64,000 bases of DNA from an uncultured delta proteobacterium. GTDB taxonomy: Bacteria; Desulfobacterota; Zymogenia; Zymogenales; Zymogenaceae. Below the pieces are notes generated by a model that had not been told where the DNA came from, made no database searches, and saw only the letters and a program-made list of their open reading frames with translations. Positions 53,873 through 63,884 of this stretch are shown here, piece after piece. The position numbers and the translations under genes were made by a program. Numbering within the stretch: the stretch's first letter is position 1; the number at the start of each line of letters is the position of its first letter. The stretch is taken from contig CAVTLK010000001.1 in NCBI GenBank assembly GCA_963735595.1, positions 96,001 to 160,000 on the forward strand. The letters are read 5' to 3'.

Positions 53873-55123
53873 TTAGCGTTTGGTAGCCCTGTCTTTTCGT
53901 CTTGACGGTTCAGGGGCGTTACGCCCGCCCTTTTGATTGCCGAATGCTTCCTTCCATCGCTCTTCGACGCTCGGGATAGGCGCGCTCTCGTTTACGGTTC
54001 CCAGGAGTCGGGCCGTTTTCCGGGTAGAAGGCAGATCCTCCATGACGATCTTGATCATCGCCGTTAGCGGTATGGCCAGGAAAACGCCCACCACTCCCCA
54101 CAACCACCCCCAGAACGTCAACGAAAAAAGGATAACAAGTGGAGAGAGGTTAAGCCCTCTGCCTAAAATGCGCGGGCTCACATAGTTGCCCATGACGATC
54201 TGTATGATACCGAGAATCAGGAGCATCAGTAACGCCGCTCCCGCCGAGAACTGCATGAGCACCATGAGGACGGGCAACAAAACCGCAAGGTGTACTCCGA
54301 CATAAGGTATGAAAAATAACATAAATGCCGATACGCCCCAAAGGATATAAAATTCCACCCCACAGGCCCATAGCAGTAGTACAAAGATAATACCGTCGAT
54401 GGCGGCCAGCCCCGTCTTGATAACCAGGTACTTTCGCACGTCCCGATTGACGGCGTTGAAGATTCTAAGGATTTTATTGGATCGTGCTTTACCGTACGCG
54501 TAAACCACCCGCGGGCCGAACTGATCGACTTCTAGGATAATGAAAACCATTAAAAAAAAGATCAGGAGCAGGTTCCCCACCAGCCCGAACACGGACCCGA
54601 TGCTTCTTGCGGCAAAGCCCCGGGCAAGCTCGCTAAGTGAGGAAGAAGATAACAACGAATCGGCCGGAACCAAATCGATACCAATTTCCCCGAGGAACGT
54701 CGTCCCGCCGATCCAGGCAGCTAAACCGTTAAGCATTCGCTGGACCGACTCTACGTAAACCGGGAGCTTTTCCATAAATGAATTGAAGTTATGCGAGATG
54801 AGCTTACCCAGGAAAAAGCCGGCCACAAACAGCGCGACGAAGATGAGCAGGTAGGCAAAAAAACGCGGCACTTTAATCCGCATGAGGAACTGCTCGATGG
54901 GAGAGATCAGGATATAGAGAAATACGGCGATGAGAAGCGGTTTGAGGATTGGTCCGAGGATTTTGAGCACAAAAACGGCGATAACACCAAGGATAACCAT
55001 CATCCCGATTCTGATAATGTCCAAGTTCCTCGAATCACGGTCGGGCGTCAACTGTTCTTGCCGTACACCCGGAACCTTTCTTTTAAAATCCGTCACGGCG
55101 CAACTCCATAAAACGATAGACAA
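53873..55123 (-). CDS. AI-2E family transporter
   Basis: FIPYVG, PRILGRGLNLSPL, FWGWLWGVVGVFLAIPL; true start probably downstream of 55123. Confidence 0.9.
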   Translation of the reverse strand: MSIVLWSCAVTDFKRKVPGVRQEQLTPDRDSRNLDIIRIGMMVILGVIAVFVLKILGPILKPLLIAVFLYILISPIEQFLMRIKVPRFFAYLLIFVALFVAGFFLGKLISHNFNSFMEKLPVYVESVQRMLNGLAAWIGGTTFLGEIGIDLVPADSLLSSSSLSELARGFAARSIGSVFGLVGNLLLIFFLMVFIILEVDQFGPRVVYAYGKARSNKILRIFNAVNRDVRKYLVIKTGLAAIDGIIFVLLLWACGVEFYILWGVSAFMLFFIPYVGVHLAVLLPVLMVLMQFSAGAALLMLLILGIIQIVMGNYVSPRILGRGLNLSPLVILFSLTFWGWLWGVVGVFLAIPLTAMIKIVMEDLPSTRKTARLLGTVNESAPIPSVEERWKEAFGNQKGGRNAPEPSRRKDRATKR

Positions 55124-55460
55124 GTGTACGTAATTCTATCCATCTCTCCGACATAAATCAACCGAAAACGATATTAACACCAACCCGTTTATTCTCAATA
55201 ATATGAAGAATTATCTGATCAATCGGTACATATAGTTAAGCATTACCACCGAAACGCTTCCGTATACTCTTCACGGTTATTCTTGACCATACACCTTAGG
55301 TAGTGCTCGGTGCTCTTAATGGTTGAGCGACCCAGAAGCTGTTTCAGCCACTAAGATTTTTAGTGCTGATAAAGGAGTGAATTGAAAAAGAGTTACAGGG
55401 GGTGAGAAAATGGATACTTTGTTATAATACTGAATAAATTAAGAGATTGTCTGTCAGTGT

Positions 55461-55655
55461 AACCGAGATGAAGGGGCTCGAACCGTCGACCTGATAACTA
55501 TAAGTCATCGTTGCGGAGGGAGGCCAACCTGTTAGAATAACGCAGAAAACGGCCTAAACCCCCAGTTTCTGTTCAAGAAATAACTCTGGCTTGTTTAGGT
55601 TAATTTTGATATACTTCAGTCTAAGTTGAATTGCCGTGGGCGTTCTTTGGACACA
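55461..55655. repeat. Degenerate tRNA-Thr 3' fragment plus att-arm sequence homologous to 37566..37762
   Basis: GGGGCTCGAACCGTCGACCTGATAACTATAAGTC followed by blocks collinear with the left island end. Confidence 0.65.
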
Positions 55656-55700
55656 AAATGAAAAAGAGCTACAAGCCCGAACGTGTAACTACTTGAAATC

Positions 55701-55775
55701 TGGAGCCGGAGGGGAGGGTTGAACTCCCGACCTGATGATTACGAATCAACTGCTCTACCACTGAGCTACTCCGGC
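55701..55775 (-). tRNA. tRNA-Thr(CGT)
   Basis: GCCGGAGTAGCTCAGTGGTAGAGCAGTTGATT-CGT-AATCATCAGGTCGGGAGTTCAACCCTCCCCTCCGGCTCCA. Confidence 0.95.
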
Positions 55776-56062
55776 CACAAAAACAATGTGATAACGTATA
55801 CCTTTTAGGATATTTTGTCAAGAGTTAGGTGAATAAAAAGGTTCGAAATATTCTCTATCGTCTCGAAATATTTTAAGGATATCCTAAGATGAGAGGCCGT
55901 GAACCGAGGCGCAGAAAAGACCCGGAAGAAGCGCCTTATCGGACGGACGCGACGCCGCGTATTGATCGGGTAATGGATAACCTAGACCGCGAAGAGCCCC
56001 CTGTGGATTCCGTATCCTGTAGTATATCGAGCAATCCAATAGGTCCAGGTCAGGAGCGATAT

Positions 56063-56513
56063 ATGGAATCGATGGCGTCCCCGTATGTTTCGAGAGGCTA
56101 TCGCGCCTTTATCCTTTGCGCCGGGATCTACGATATGCTTGTAGGCCTCTCGTCTTTTTTCTTCTATCCAGTCCTCTACGTATTGATGAGCGCGTTTGAT
56201 CCGGGGCTCCCCATGACGGCTCACCGGGTCCGTGGAGATGATGCACCTGAAGATGAACGGCATCTTCATGTTCTTCGCCGGTTTCGGCTATATCTTCCCG
56301 TACCTGAACTACGAAAAGTTCAAGTTCTACATTCCGGTCTTCGGAATCGGTTTGAGGACATGGGGCGGCGGATTTCTTCTCTACACGAGCCTGTTCTGGA
56401 CGACCCCGCTCAGCTATGGAATCCTCGGGGCCGTCGATCTGGCTATTGCGCTCTGTTTCGTCCTTTTTCTCCTCAATTATCGAAGCAAACGAATCCACAT
56501 CCGCAACTACTGA
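56063..56513 (+). CDS. Small multi-pass membrane protein (one indel)
   Basis: AGGAG RBS; hydrophobic helices in two successive frames. Confidence 0.65.
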
Positions 56514-56515
56514 GT

Positions 56516-57566
56516 TTACACCCTGGCAATCGGAGACGCGAGCCGCACGCCCGCCTCTTCCAGGGCCTTCTTAATGGCGGTGTTGGCGCTGTGGCGCAGG
56601 CGAAAATACTGAGGTATGTCCTCGATCCAGTAGACGATACGAAACGTTATCGAGTAGCTGACGAAGTCGTAAAGATCGCAGCTCGCTCCTTTCCTCACGC
56701 CGGGGGTCTTGTCCAACGCCTTTGTAATCAAGATCCGAACAGCGCTGGAGGGTCTCGGCGTTTGTTTCGGGCGCCACGGCCAGGTACAGCAGCGCGCGGC
56801 GGGCCCTCCGGGCGGACAGGTTCTCCATGAGGCTGTTGGAAATCTCACTATTGGGGATCAAGACACGGGTATCCTCAAAGGTGCGCATCGTCGTCATGCG
56901 CAGTCCCACCTCTTCCACCTTCCCCTCGATCCCCTTATAAACAATGGTATCGTCCATCTGGTAGGGTTTGTTCATAAAGATGTTGAAACCGCCGAACATC
57001 TGACCCAGGCTTTCCTTGGCGGCGATGGCAATAGCGGCGCCCCCGACGCCAAGGCCCGTGATCAGGGATAGGACATCGTAGCCCATCTCGGACAGCAGCA
57101 CGATAATGACCATGACCCAGATGCTGACCTTGACCATCGCGCTGATGATCGGGATGATCTGGTCGTCGAGCTTCGTCTCGGTCTTGGAGGCCAGCGGTCT
57201 GAGAAAGGCCTCCACGAGCACGTCAAACATCCTGGTGACGAGCCAGGTTACGGCCACCAGGAAGACAATAATAATGACCTGACCGACGAACTTGGTCACC
57301 GGCGGGGTCATGACAAGGATCTTGAGGGCGAAATAGACGCCGCCCACCAAAAACAGGAGGGTTATCGGTTCTTCGACGAAGTCGATGATCACGTCGTCCA
57401 GGCTCGTTTTGGTTTTTTTGGCCATCTTCCTGGCGCTGTTCTTAAAGAGGTAGTAGATCATCCGCGCGAGAACGGCGGCGCCGATGACGATCAAAAAGAA
57501 GTAGAGGTAGCGGTCCATCGTGTTTCCGAAATAGACCTGGGACATGAAATTACCAAGCGATGTCAT
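56516..57566 (-). CDS. MscS-family mechanosensitive channel (one indel)
   Basis: LGVGGAAIAIAAKE, GKVEEVGLRMT, IPNS. Confidence 0.88.
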
Positions 57567-57626
57567 GGGGCAATACTCCTTACAGGGTGCATAGCGGAAA
57601 ATACTATACGAACTTAGTGCTGCTGT

Positions 57627-58791
57627 CTATATCCGAATGGGATATCTTCCATATTCTTTGACCGCCTCCATCATGAAGCGGATATTGTCGACCTTAATAT
57701 CGGAATGAGAGTTACAGGGGCCGAGGATCAACCCGCCGCCTTCCCCGGCCTTTCCGATAACCTCCTTGACGTGAGCGTGCACCTCTTCCCGCGTTCCATG
57801 GGAAAGGACGTGAGCGATATCGAGGTGTCCGAGCAGCGAGAGCTTGTGACCGGCGATACTGCGCACTTCGGCGAGGTCCACGCCGGCCGTCGGCTCCAGC
57901 GAGTGGTGTCCGTCAAATCCCCATTTAATGAAGTAGGGCAACAGAGGAATCGTCCAGCCGTCGGTATGAATGACGATCTTCAGGCCCTTCCGATGGGCGC
58001 GATCGGTAATCTCGGTAAACGCCTTTCCGTACAGTTCGTCCATCAGCGTCGGGTTTAGCATAGGCCCGGACTTATAGGCCATGTCATCGGAGTAGATGAT
58101 GCCGGGAAGGCCCGCGTCGGCCGAGGCGTCGACGCATTTAAGATACCAGTTCTTGTTGTATTCGATGGCCTCTTCGATGAACGAGCGTTCCTTCTTGAGA
58201 AGCCGTGTAAACGTCGGGAACCCGAACGGCTGCCAGATGTTCTCCGAGATACCGTAGAGGTGAGATCCGAAGAGGTAGATGTCGTTGCCGAATTCCTTCT
58301 TGATCGTTCTCGTTGAATTGGAACATTTTTTCGGGAAAGCGCTCCCAGTTCTTCTTGGGCAATCGGCGCCAGTCCTCGGGCGTCCTGAGCATTCCGTCTA
58401 TGTACATCGGGGTGTCCATATTACCGTAGCCGTCGTCGACTATCTTATAGAGGCGGCCGAAGATATCGGTCATGTGTCGGGAATCCTTGATGAGGAATAT
58501 ATTGGCATACAGGGCCCAGGTTGCGTCATATCCCATGACCACGTCGGAGGTCAGCTTCTTGAACATGAATTCCCGCACGTCCCGTTCGAAAAGTCCCAGC
58601 CGGTTGAGAAGGGGGGCCGTGGCGGTGATGATCGGTGCGGTGATTGGGTTTATAAAATACTTGTAGGAATTATCGGGTGTCTCGCCGAGGATGTCGTAGA
58701 TGTGTTTCTGCACGTCGATACAGGAGATAGTGGGAACGACATCGGGTTCCCGATGGGCCAACGCCGTTTTGACGCGTTCGATCCTGTCCAT
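57627..58791 (-). CDS. Uroporphyrinogen decarboxylase/MT2 methyltransferase superfamily protein (indels)
   Basis: ERVKTALAHREPD.VP N-terminus, YSDDMAYKSGP, HTDG, GGGLILGPCNS. Confidence 0.82.
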
Positions 58792-59040
58792 GGAGCACCT
58801 CACTTATAAAATATAGTATATAAGTATCCCTTATACTCCTATTTGTGGATAGAGGCCTTTCATGAAGCGGCTTGCCTCTCATGTATCGTAGCAGGTCGGC
58901 AGCTGCTCCCGTGGCGATGATGTACACAAAAGCAAATAACCGGCAGCAGTATATCATTTCTCATTCAAACATACAATTATTTTACCGGGAATCTCACGCG
59001 CGGGCGAAAAAATATTACTCGGTGTACGGTGGAAAACTAT

Positions 59041-59068
59041 TTGACATATTCTTTATTTCGTATACTAT
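59041..59068 (+). promoter_or_regulatory. Putative sigma-70 promoter of the riboswitch leader
   Basis: TTGACA-16 nt-TACTAT ending ~10 nt before the RNA motif. Confidence 0.6.
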
Positions 59069-59076
59069 GATATCAG

Positions 59077-59194
59077 TTCTCCGAGCCACATCACCTGTGG
59101 ATCGTCGGCGTACGGTGCGCCGCGTAGCTCTATGGTGACTGGCCGATAGGGTTCGGTTGGAAACGGCCGGGCCTCCCGTGTTTGGAAAGGAGGA
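59077..59194 (+). ncRNA. Molybdenum/tungsten cofactor (Moco/Tuco) riboswitch
   Basis: CTCCGAGC...TATGG...GGCC...AGGGT..GGAAAC..GCCTCCCGTGTTTGGAAAGGAG matches the MOCO RNA motif consensus; P1 CTCC/GGAG sequesters the SD; GNRA-capped P4. Confidence 0.85.
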
Positions 59195-59546
59195 AAACCA
59201 TGATGTCGAGACTCGCCTCGCGTAGGAAGCATTCCAAGGGCCTTAACAAGCATTATTTCCCACCTCCGATATGATATCGGGCTCTCCAGAAAACCTGACA
59301 TAACAGGGCATTTCAGACGATGAAGGAGCGTCGGTAATCGACCGAACGTTATAGGGAAGTTGTGTGTCCGAAGCATCGGCTCACGCCAAATTCCGATGGC
59401 GCTTCTTGTTACTTCGAAGTCTGAAATGCAGACGGGTAGTTTCTGCCCTCGATGCGACCGTATGATTGATCTCGTGAAGAGATCAGTGAATCATCGGTGC
59501 GCATGCGGCGCAGACTTTTATAAACGATGACATGGAGGGTAAGACT

Positions 59547-61160
59547 ATGAGCCATATATCTGCCAAAAAGACAGCCGATGAAGATAAGAGCAAAGAATTT
59601 GTCGTCTCTAAGAGCCCGGCGACGGGCAAGGAACTGGGCGTGTCGAAGTTGAATACTCCCGACGACGTGCGATACGCCGTTGAGAGGGCCAGAAAGGTGC
59701 AGCCGCTATGGGCCGCAACGCCGATTAAAGAGCGGTCGCGAATAATGATACGGGTTCGCGACTATATTGTCGAACATGCCGATGAAATCGCGCGAACCGT
59801 CAGTCTCGATAACGGCAAGACCGTGACGGATGCCATGGTCGCCGAGGCGTTTGGGTCGGCAATGGCGGCAGATTATTATGCGAAGAATACCAAGCGCCTG
59901 ATCAAGGATAAGGGCATAAGGCCCGGCCCTCATGATGATGGCGTATAAGAAGAGCAAGATCATCCGAGTACCGTGCGGCGTCGTCGGGATTATTTCACCG
60001 TGGAATTACCCATTTACGATTCCGTTTGTCGAGATCGTCATGGCCCTCATGGCGGGAAATGCGGTTGTGCTAAAGGTCGCCACCGAGACGCAGCAGGTCG
60101 GCCGGGCACTCGAGAAGTGTTTCAACTCGGTCGGGCTGCCCGAAGGGCTTTTCACCCACGTCAACCTTCCGGGAAGGATCGCGGGAGACGCGTTCCTGTC
60201 GGCGGGTATTGATAAGCTCTTTTTCACCGGGAGCGTCGGCGTCGGCAAGGAGTTGATGGCCCTGGCGTCGCGGACACTGACGCCGCTTTCGCTGGAGCTG
60301 GGTGGAAATGATCCCATGTTGGTGTGTCCCGACGCAAACGTGTACCGCGCCGCAACGGGTGCGGTATGGGCCGGATTGTCAAACTCCGGGCAGACCTGCG
60401 CCGCGGTGGAGCGGATCTACGTTCATAAGGACGTCTATGATCCCTTCATGGATCTGCTCGTGAAACAGGTAAACGCGATTACGGGTTGGATCGGACGGTT
60501 TTGACATCGATATCGGGGCGATGACCACCGAATGCGCAGGTGGAGACGGTAAAAGAGCATATTGCCGACGCTCTGGACAAAGGAGCGGTTATCGCCGCCC
60601 AGTCACAGTGTCCGAAAAACTCCCCGGAAACTTCCTGCCGGCGACGCTCCTGGCCAACGTCGATCATTCGATGGCCGTCATGCGGGAAGAAAGTTTCGGG
60701 CCGGTGCTCGGCGTCATGAAAGTCGATTCCATGGAACAGGCGATCGGACTTGGCGAACGATTCGAATCTCGGGACTCACCGCTTCGGTATGGTCGAAGAA
60801 CCGGAAGAATGCCGAATCGCTGGCACGGAGGATACAGTCCGGCGTCGTCATGATAAACGATCACATGATGAGCAGCGGCCTGTGCCGAGACACCCTGGGG
60901 CGGATTCAAGGAATCCGGGCTCGGACGAACGCACGGAGAGCTTGGAATGATGGAGATGACCCAGCCGATATGCATCGTCCACGACTATCTGCCCGGCGTT
61001 CAGCGAAATATGTGGTGGTATCCGAGCGGTAAAGGGAATATACGACGGGATAAAGGGAATGATGGAGTTCCTGTTCTCCCGAAGCCTCGGCAAACGCCTG
61101 GCGGGAGGGATCAAGGTCACTATGCTATTTATGCGCTCATTTACAAAAGAGCGTGGCTGA
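59547..61160 (+). CDS. NAD(P)-dependent aldehyde dehydrogenase (several indels)
   Basis: ISPWNYP, FTGS, LELGGND, NSGQTCAAVERIYV, EESFGPV, GGFKESGLGRTHG. Confidence 0.92.
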
Positions 61161-61171
61161 TAACAATGGCA

Positions 61172-61203
61172 GAGAGGGCGCCGGGGAAAACCGGCGCGCT
61201 CTC
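61172..61203 (+). terminator. Intrinsic terminator-like hairpin after ALDH
   Basis: GAGAGGGCGCCGG-GGAAAA-CCGGCGCGCTCTC, followed shortly by TCTTTT. Confidence 0.55.
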
Positions 61204-61526
61204 CCGTCTTTTGACGGGAGCTATGAACGGGTTGATACGCCGTAGAAACCTCGGACTGGACCAGTTTACTCTGGGAATACCGGAGACGTATATTCATATA
61301 TATTTGTACGATGCCATACTACTACAGGAGGTTATCTGATGTTTCTGGCGAATCACAACCCTCATGTCCGTCAGGAAGACCGATGTCCGGATATTGGCCT
61401 TCCAGACGCGAGACCGAACCGGGCGTATCCCCGGCACGTGTCAGGTATTTGGCTGGCGCACCATTTCAATCGTACGTGCGGATCGGCTGAAACTAATAAC
61501 GGTAATACGATGAGGCGAGGCACACG

Positions 61527-63314
61527 ATGACGACGATGGTAACTGTCACTATTAATGACCGGGAAATCAAAGTGAAGGCGGGGATAACGATCCTGGAGGC
61601 CGCCCGTGAGGCTGGAATTTATATCCCTACACTTTGTGATCACCCCGCGGTCCTTCCGACCGGGGCCTGTCGAATGTGCGTGGTAGAGGTGCTCGGGCAA
61701 CGTAACCTGCAGAGCTCGTGCACGTTTCCGGTAACCGACGGGATGAAGATCGATACGGAATCGAAGCGGGTGAACGGCGCCCGAAAACTGATCATTGAAA
61801 TGATCTTTTCGGAAAGAAATCATTACTGCCCCTATTGCGAGATGAGCGGCAGCTGCGAGCTTCAGGACATGGGCTACCGGTACCGCCTCGATCACTGGGC
61901 GTTTCCCACGTTCACGAAGGCCTATCCGCTGGATGCTACGCACAAGCATTACCTGATGGACCATAACCGGTGTATTCTGTGCGGAAGATGCATTCGTGCC
62001 TGCAACGACCTTGTCGCCAATCACACGCTGGGATTAGGACAGCGTGGAAGTAGGACCCTCGTCGCAGCCGACGGAAATGCCCCGCTCGGAGAATCATCCT
62101 GCATCTCCTGCGGAACATGTGCCCAGGTGTGCCCGACGGGAGCTCTTTTTTACAAACGGAGCGCCTATATGGGGCGGGACGCCCTGACCGAAAACGTCAA
62201 GAGCACCTGCAACCGTTGCAGCGTCGGCTGCGGCACCCGGGTCGTAACGCGCGGCGGGAACGTCCTGCGTGTGATGGGCGATTGGGACGCCCCGGTAAAT
62301 AAAGGTCTATTATGCACGATGGGCCGTTTCGATCTCCTCTACGATACGCGTCAGAGGGTAACCGCGCCCCTCTTGCGGTCTGAAGGAAGGCTCGAAGAGA
62401 TAAGCTGGGAAAAGGCAATCGAAATCGTGGCCGGCCGAATCGGCGCCGTAAAGGCCTCGGATATAGGGGTACTTGCGGGCAGCCACTCGTCCAATGAGGC
62501 GCTGTACCTCCTTAAGAAGCTTTTCAAACAGGAGCTGAAGGTTTCCAATATCGGTACGATAACTACTCCAACGCCCCGGATATTCAGCAAGCCGCACGGT
62601 AGTCTCGGCGATATACTCAAGAGTGATATCATTCTGGTCGCCGGCTCCGATCCGGGCAACAACCAGCCGGTAGCTTCATTTATCATCAAGCGCGTCGTGG
62701 ACAAGGGGGCACGGTTGATCGTGGTTGACGACAATGAAAACGGTTTGTCTCCGTTCGCCTTCATGACTGTCGGTATGGCCGACATAGGAAAGGCGATCGA
62801 AATCGCCGGGCGGGCCGACAATCCCGTTATCGTGTACGGGTCCGGTGTATCCGAGGCGGCCGCGGTCGAACTAAAGAAACTGGAAGATAGGGTAGAATTC
62901 ATCAGGATCGAGTCGGGGGTCAACACAACGGCCGTAGCGGCTCTGGGACTGGACAACGGCTATGACCCGGCAACGGCTAAGCTCCTGTTTGTCCTGTTGG
63001 GTGAAGAAGATTGCCGGGAAAACGATCTGCTTAGGGCTGTTCCAAAGGATACATTTGTCGTTGTGCAGGCAAGCTATGCGTCTCCGATCACCCAGCGGGC
63101 TGCGCTCGTGTTGCCCGGCACGATATGGTCGGAACAGAGTTGTACCCTCACGAATTTCGAAGGAAGGGTTCAGAAGGTCGCTCAGGCGGTGGAGCCCGTC
63201 GGGCAGAGCAAGCCCGACTGGGAGGCGCTGCAGCTATTATCGACAGCACTCGGCAGGAAGATCGCGGTATCCGTAGATACAGTCACGACAGAAGTGGTTG
63301 AGTCACTGAAATAA
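61527..63314 (+). CDS. hoxU: Long HoxU/NuoG-like Fe-S subunit with molybdopterin-oxidoreductase-like C-terminal fold
   Basis: [2Fe-2S] IPTLC...CRMC...C; HYCPYC..C; CILCGRCIRAC; CISCGTCAQVCP; CNRCSVGC...LC; adjacent to hoxY/hoxH. Confidence 0.75.
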   Translation: MTTMVTVTINDREIKVKAGITILEAAREAGIYIPTLCDHPAVLPTGACRMCVVEVLGQRNLQSSCTFPVTDGMKIDTESKRVNGARKLIIEMIFSERNHYCPYCEMSGSCELQDMGYRYRLDHWAFPTFTKAYPLDATHKHYLMDHNRCILCGRCIRACNDLVANHTLGLGQRGSRTLVAADGNAPLGESSCISCGTCAQVCPTGALFYKRSAYMGRDALTENVKSTCNRCSVGCGTRVVTRGGNVLRVMGDWDAPVNKGLLCTMGRFDLLYDTRQRVTAPLLRSEGRLEEISWEKAIEIVAGRIGAVKASDIGVLAGSHSSNEALYLLKKLFKQELKVSNIGTITTPTPRIFSKPHGSLGDILKSDIILVAGSDPGNNQPVASFIIKRVVDKGARLIVVDDNENGLSPFAFMTVGMADIGKAIEIAGRADNPVIVYGSGVSEAAAVELKKLEDRVEFIRIESGVNTTAVAALGLDNGYDPATAKLLFVLLGEEDCRENDLLRAVPKDTFVVVQASYASPITQRAALVLPGTIWSEQSCTLTNFEGRVQKVAQAVEPVGQSKPDWEALQLLSTALGRKIAVSVDTVTTEVVESLK

Positions 63315-63326
63315 GGAGAAGCCAAG

Positions 63327-63872
63327 ATGGCAAAAGTTAGAGTAGCGACGGACTGGCTGGCGGGTTGCGCTGGATGTCACATGTCGTTTCTGGATATTGA
63401 TGAGCGTATAGTGGGATTATCGGAACTGGTTGAATTTACCTCGAGCCCGATAACGGATCTCAAGCATCCGCCGAAAGAAGGCGTAACGGTGGGCATCCTG
63501 GAAGGCGCGATCTGCAACACGCATAATATCGAAGTTGCAAAACAAATGCGCGAGCGGTGCGATATCCTGATCGCCGTCGGCGACTGCGCCACGTTCGGCG
63601 GAGTCCCCGCAATGCGAAATCTCGTAGGTACTGATGAAGCCCTGCGAAGGGCTTATATCGAAACGGAAAGCACAGTTGACGGGATCATACCGGATTCCGA
63701 AGAGCTCGGTAAACCCCTGGACATGGTCACCGGGATCGATGCGGTGGTCAAGGTCGATCTATTCATCCCGGGTTGTCCGCCGAGAGCGGACGCATTCTAT
63801 TACGCGCTGTCGGAGCTGCTTGCGGGACGCACACCAATAGTTTTACCGGCCGAGCTATTTACCTACGATTAG
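63327..63872 (+). CDS. hoxY: Group 3 NiFe hydrogenase small subunit
   Basis: WLAGCAGCHMSFLD, GDCATFGGVP, IPGCPP. Confidence 0.88.
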   Translation: MAKVRVATDWLAGCAGCHMSFLDIDERIVGLSELVEFTSSPITDLKHPPKEGVTVGILEGAICNTHNIEVAKQMRERCDILIAVGDCATFGGVPAMRNLVGTDEALRRAYIETESTVDGIIPDSEELGKPLDMVTGIDAVVKVDLFIPGCPPRADAFYYALSELLAGRTPIVLPAELFTYD

Positions 63873-63884
63873 AGGAGAACACGT

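Larger units (their letters stand above)
37566..55747. mobile_element. ~18.2 kb genomic island integrated at tRNA-Thr(CGT); no integrase seen
   Basis: 49-bp direct repeats, AT-rich ends and AT-rich internal genes (47.9-50.2 kb), accessory stress cargo. Confidence 0.8.

Noticed and set aside
55734..55750. U-U mismatch in the tRNA-Thr anticodon stem as integration damage
   Set aside because: Both att copies share the same 3' strand, and single mismatches occur in native tRNAs.
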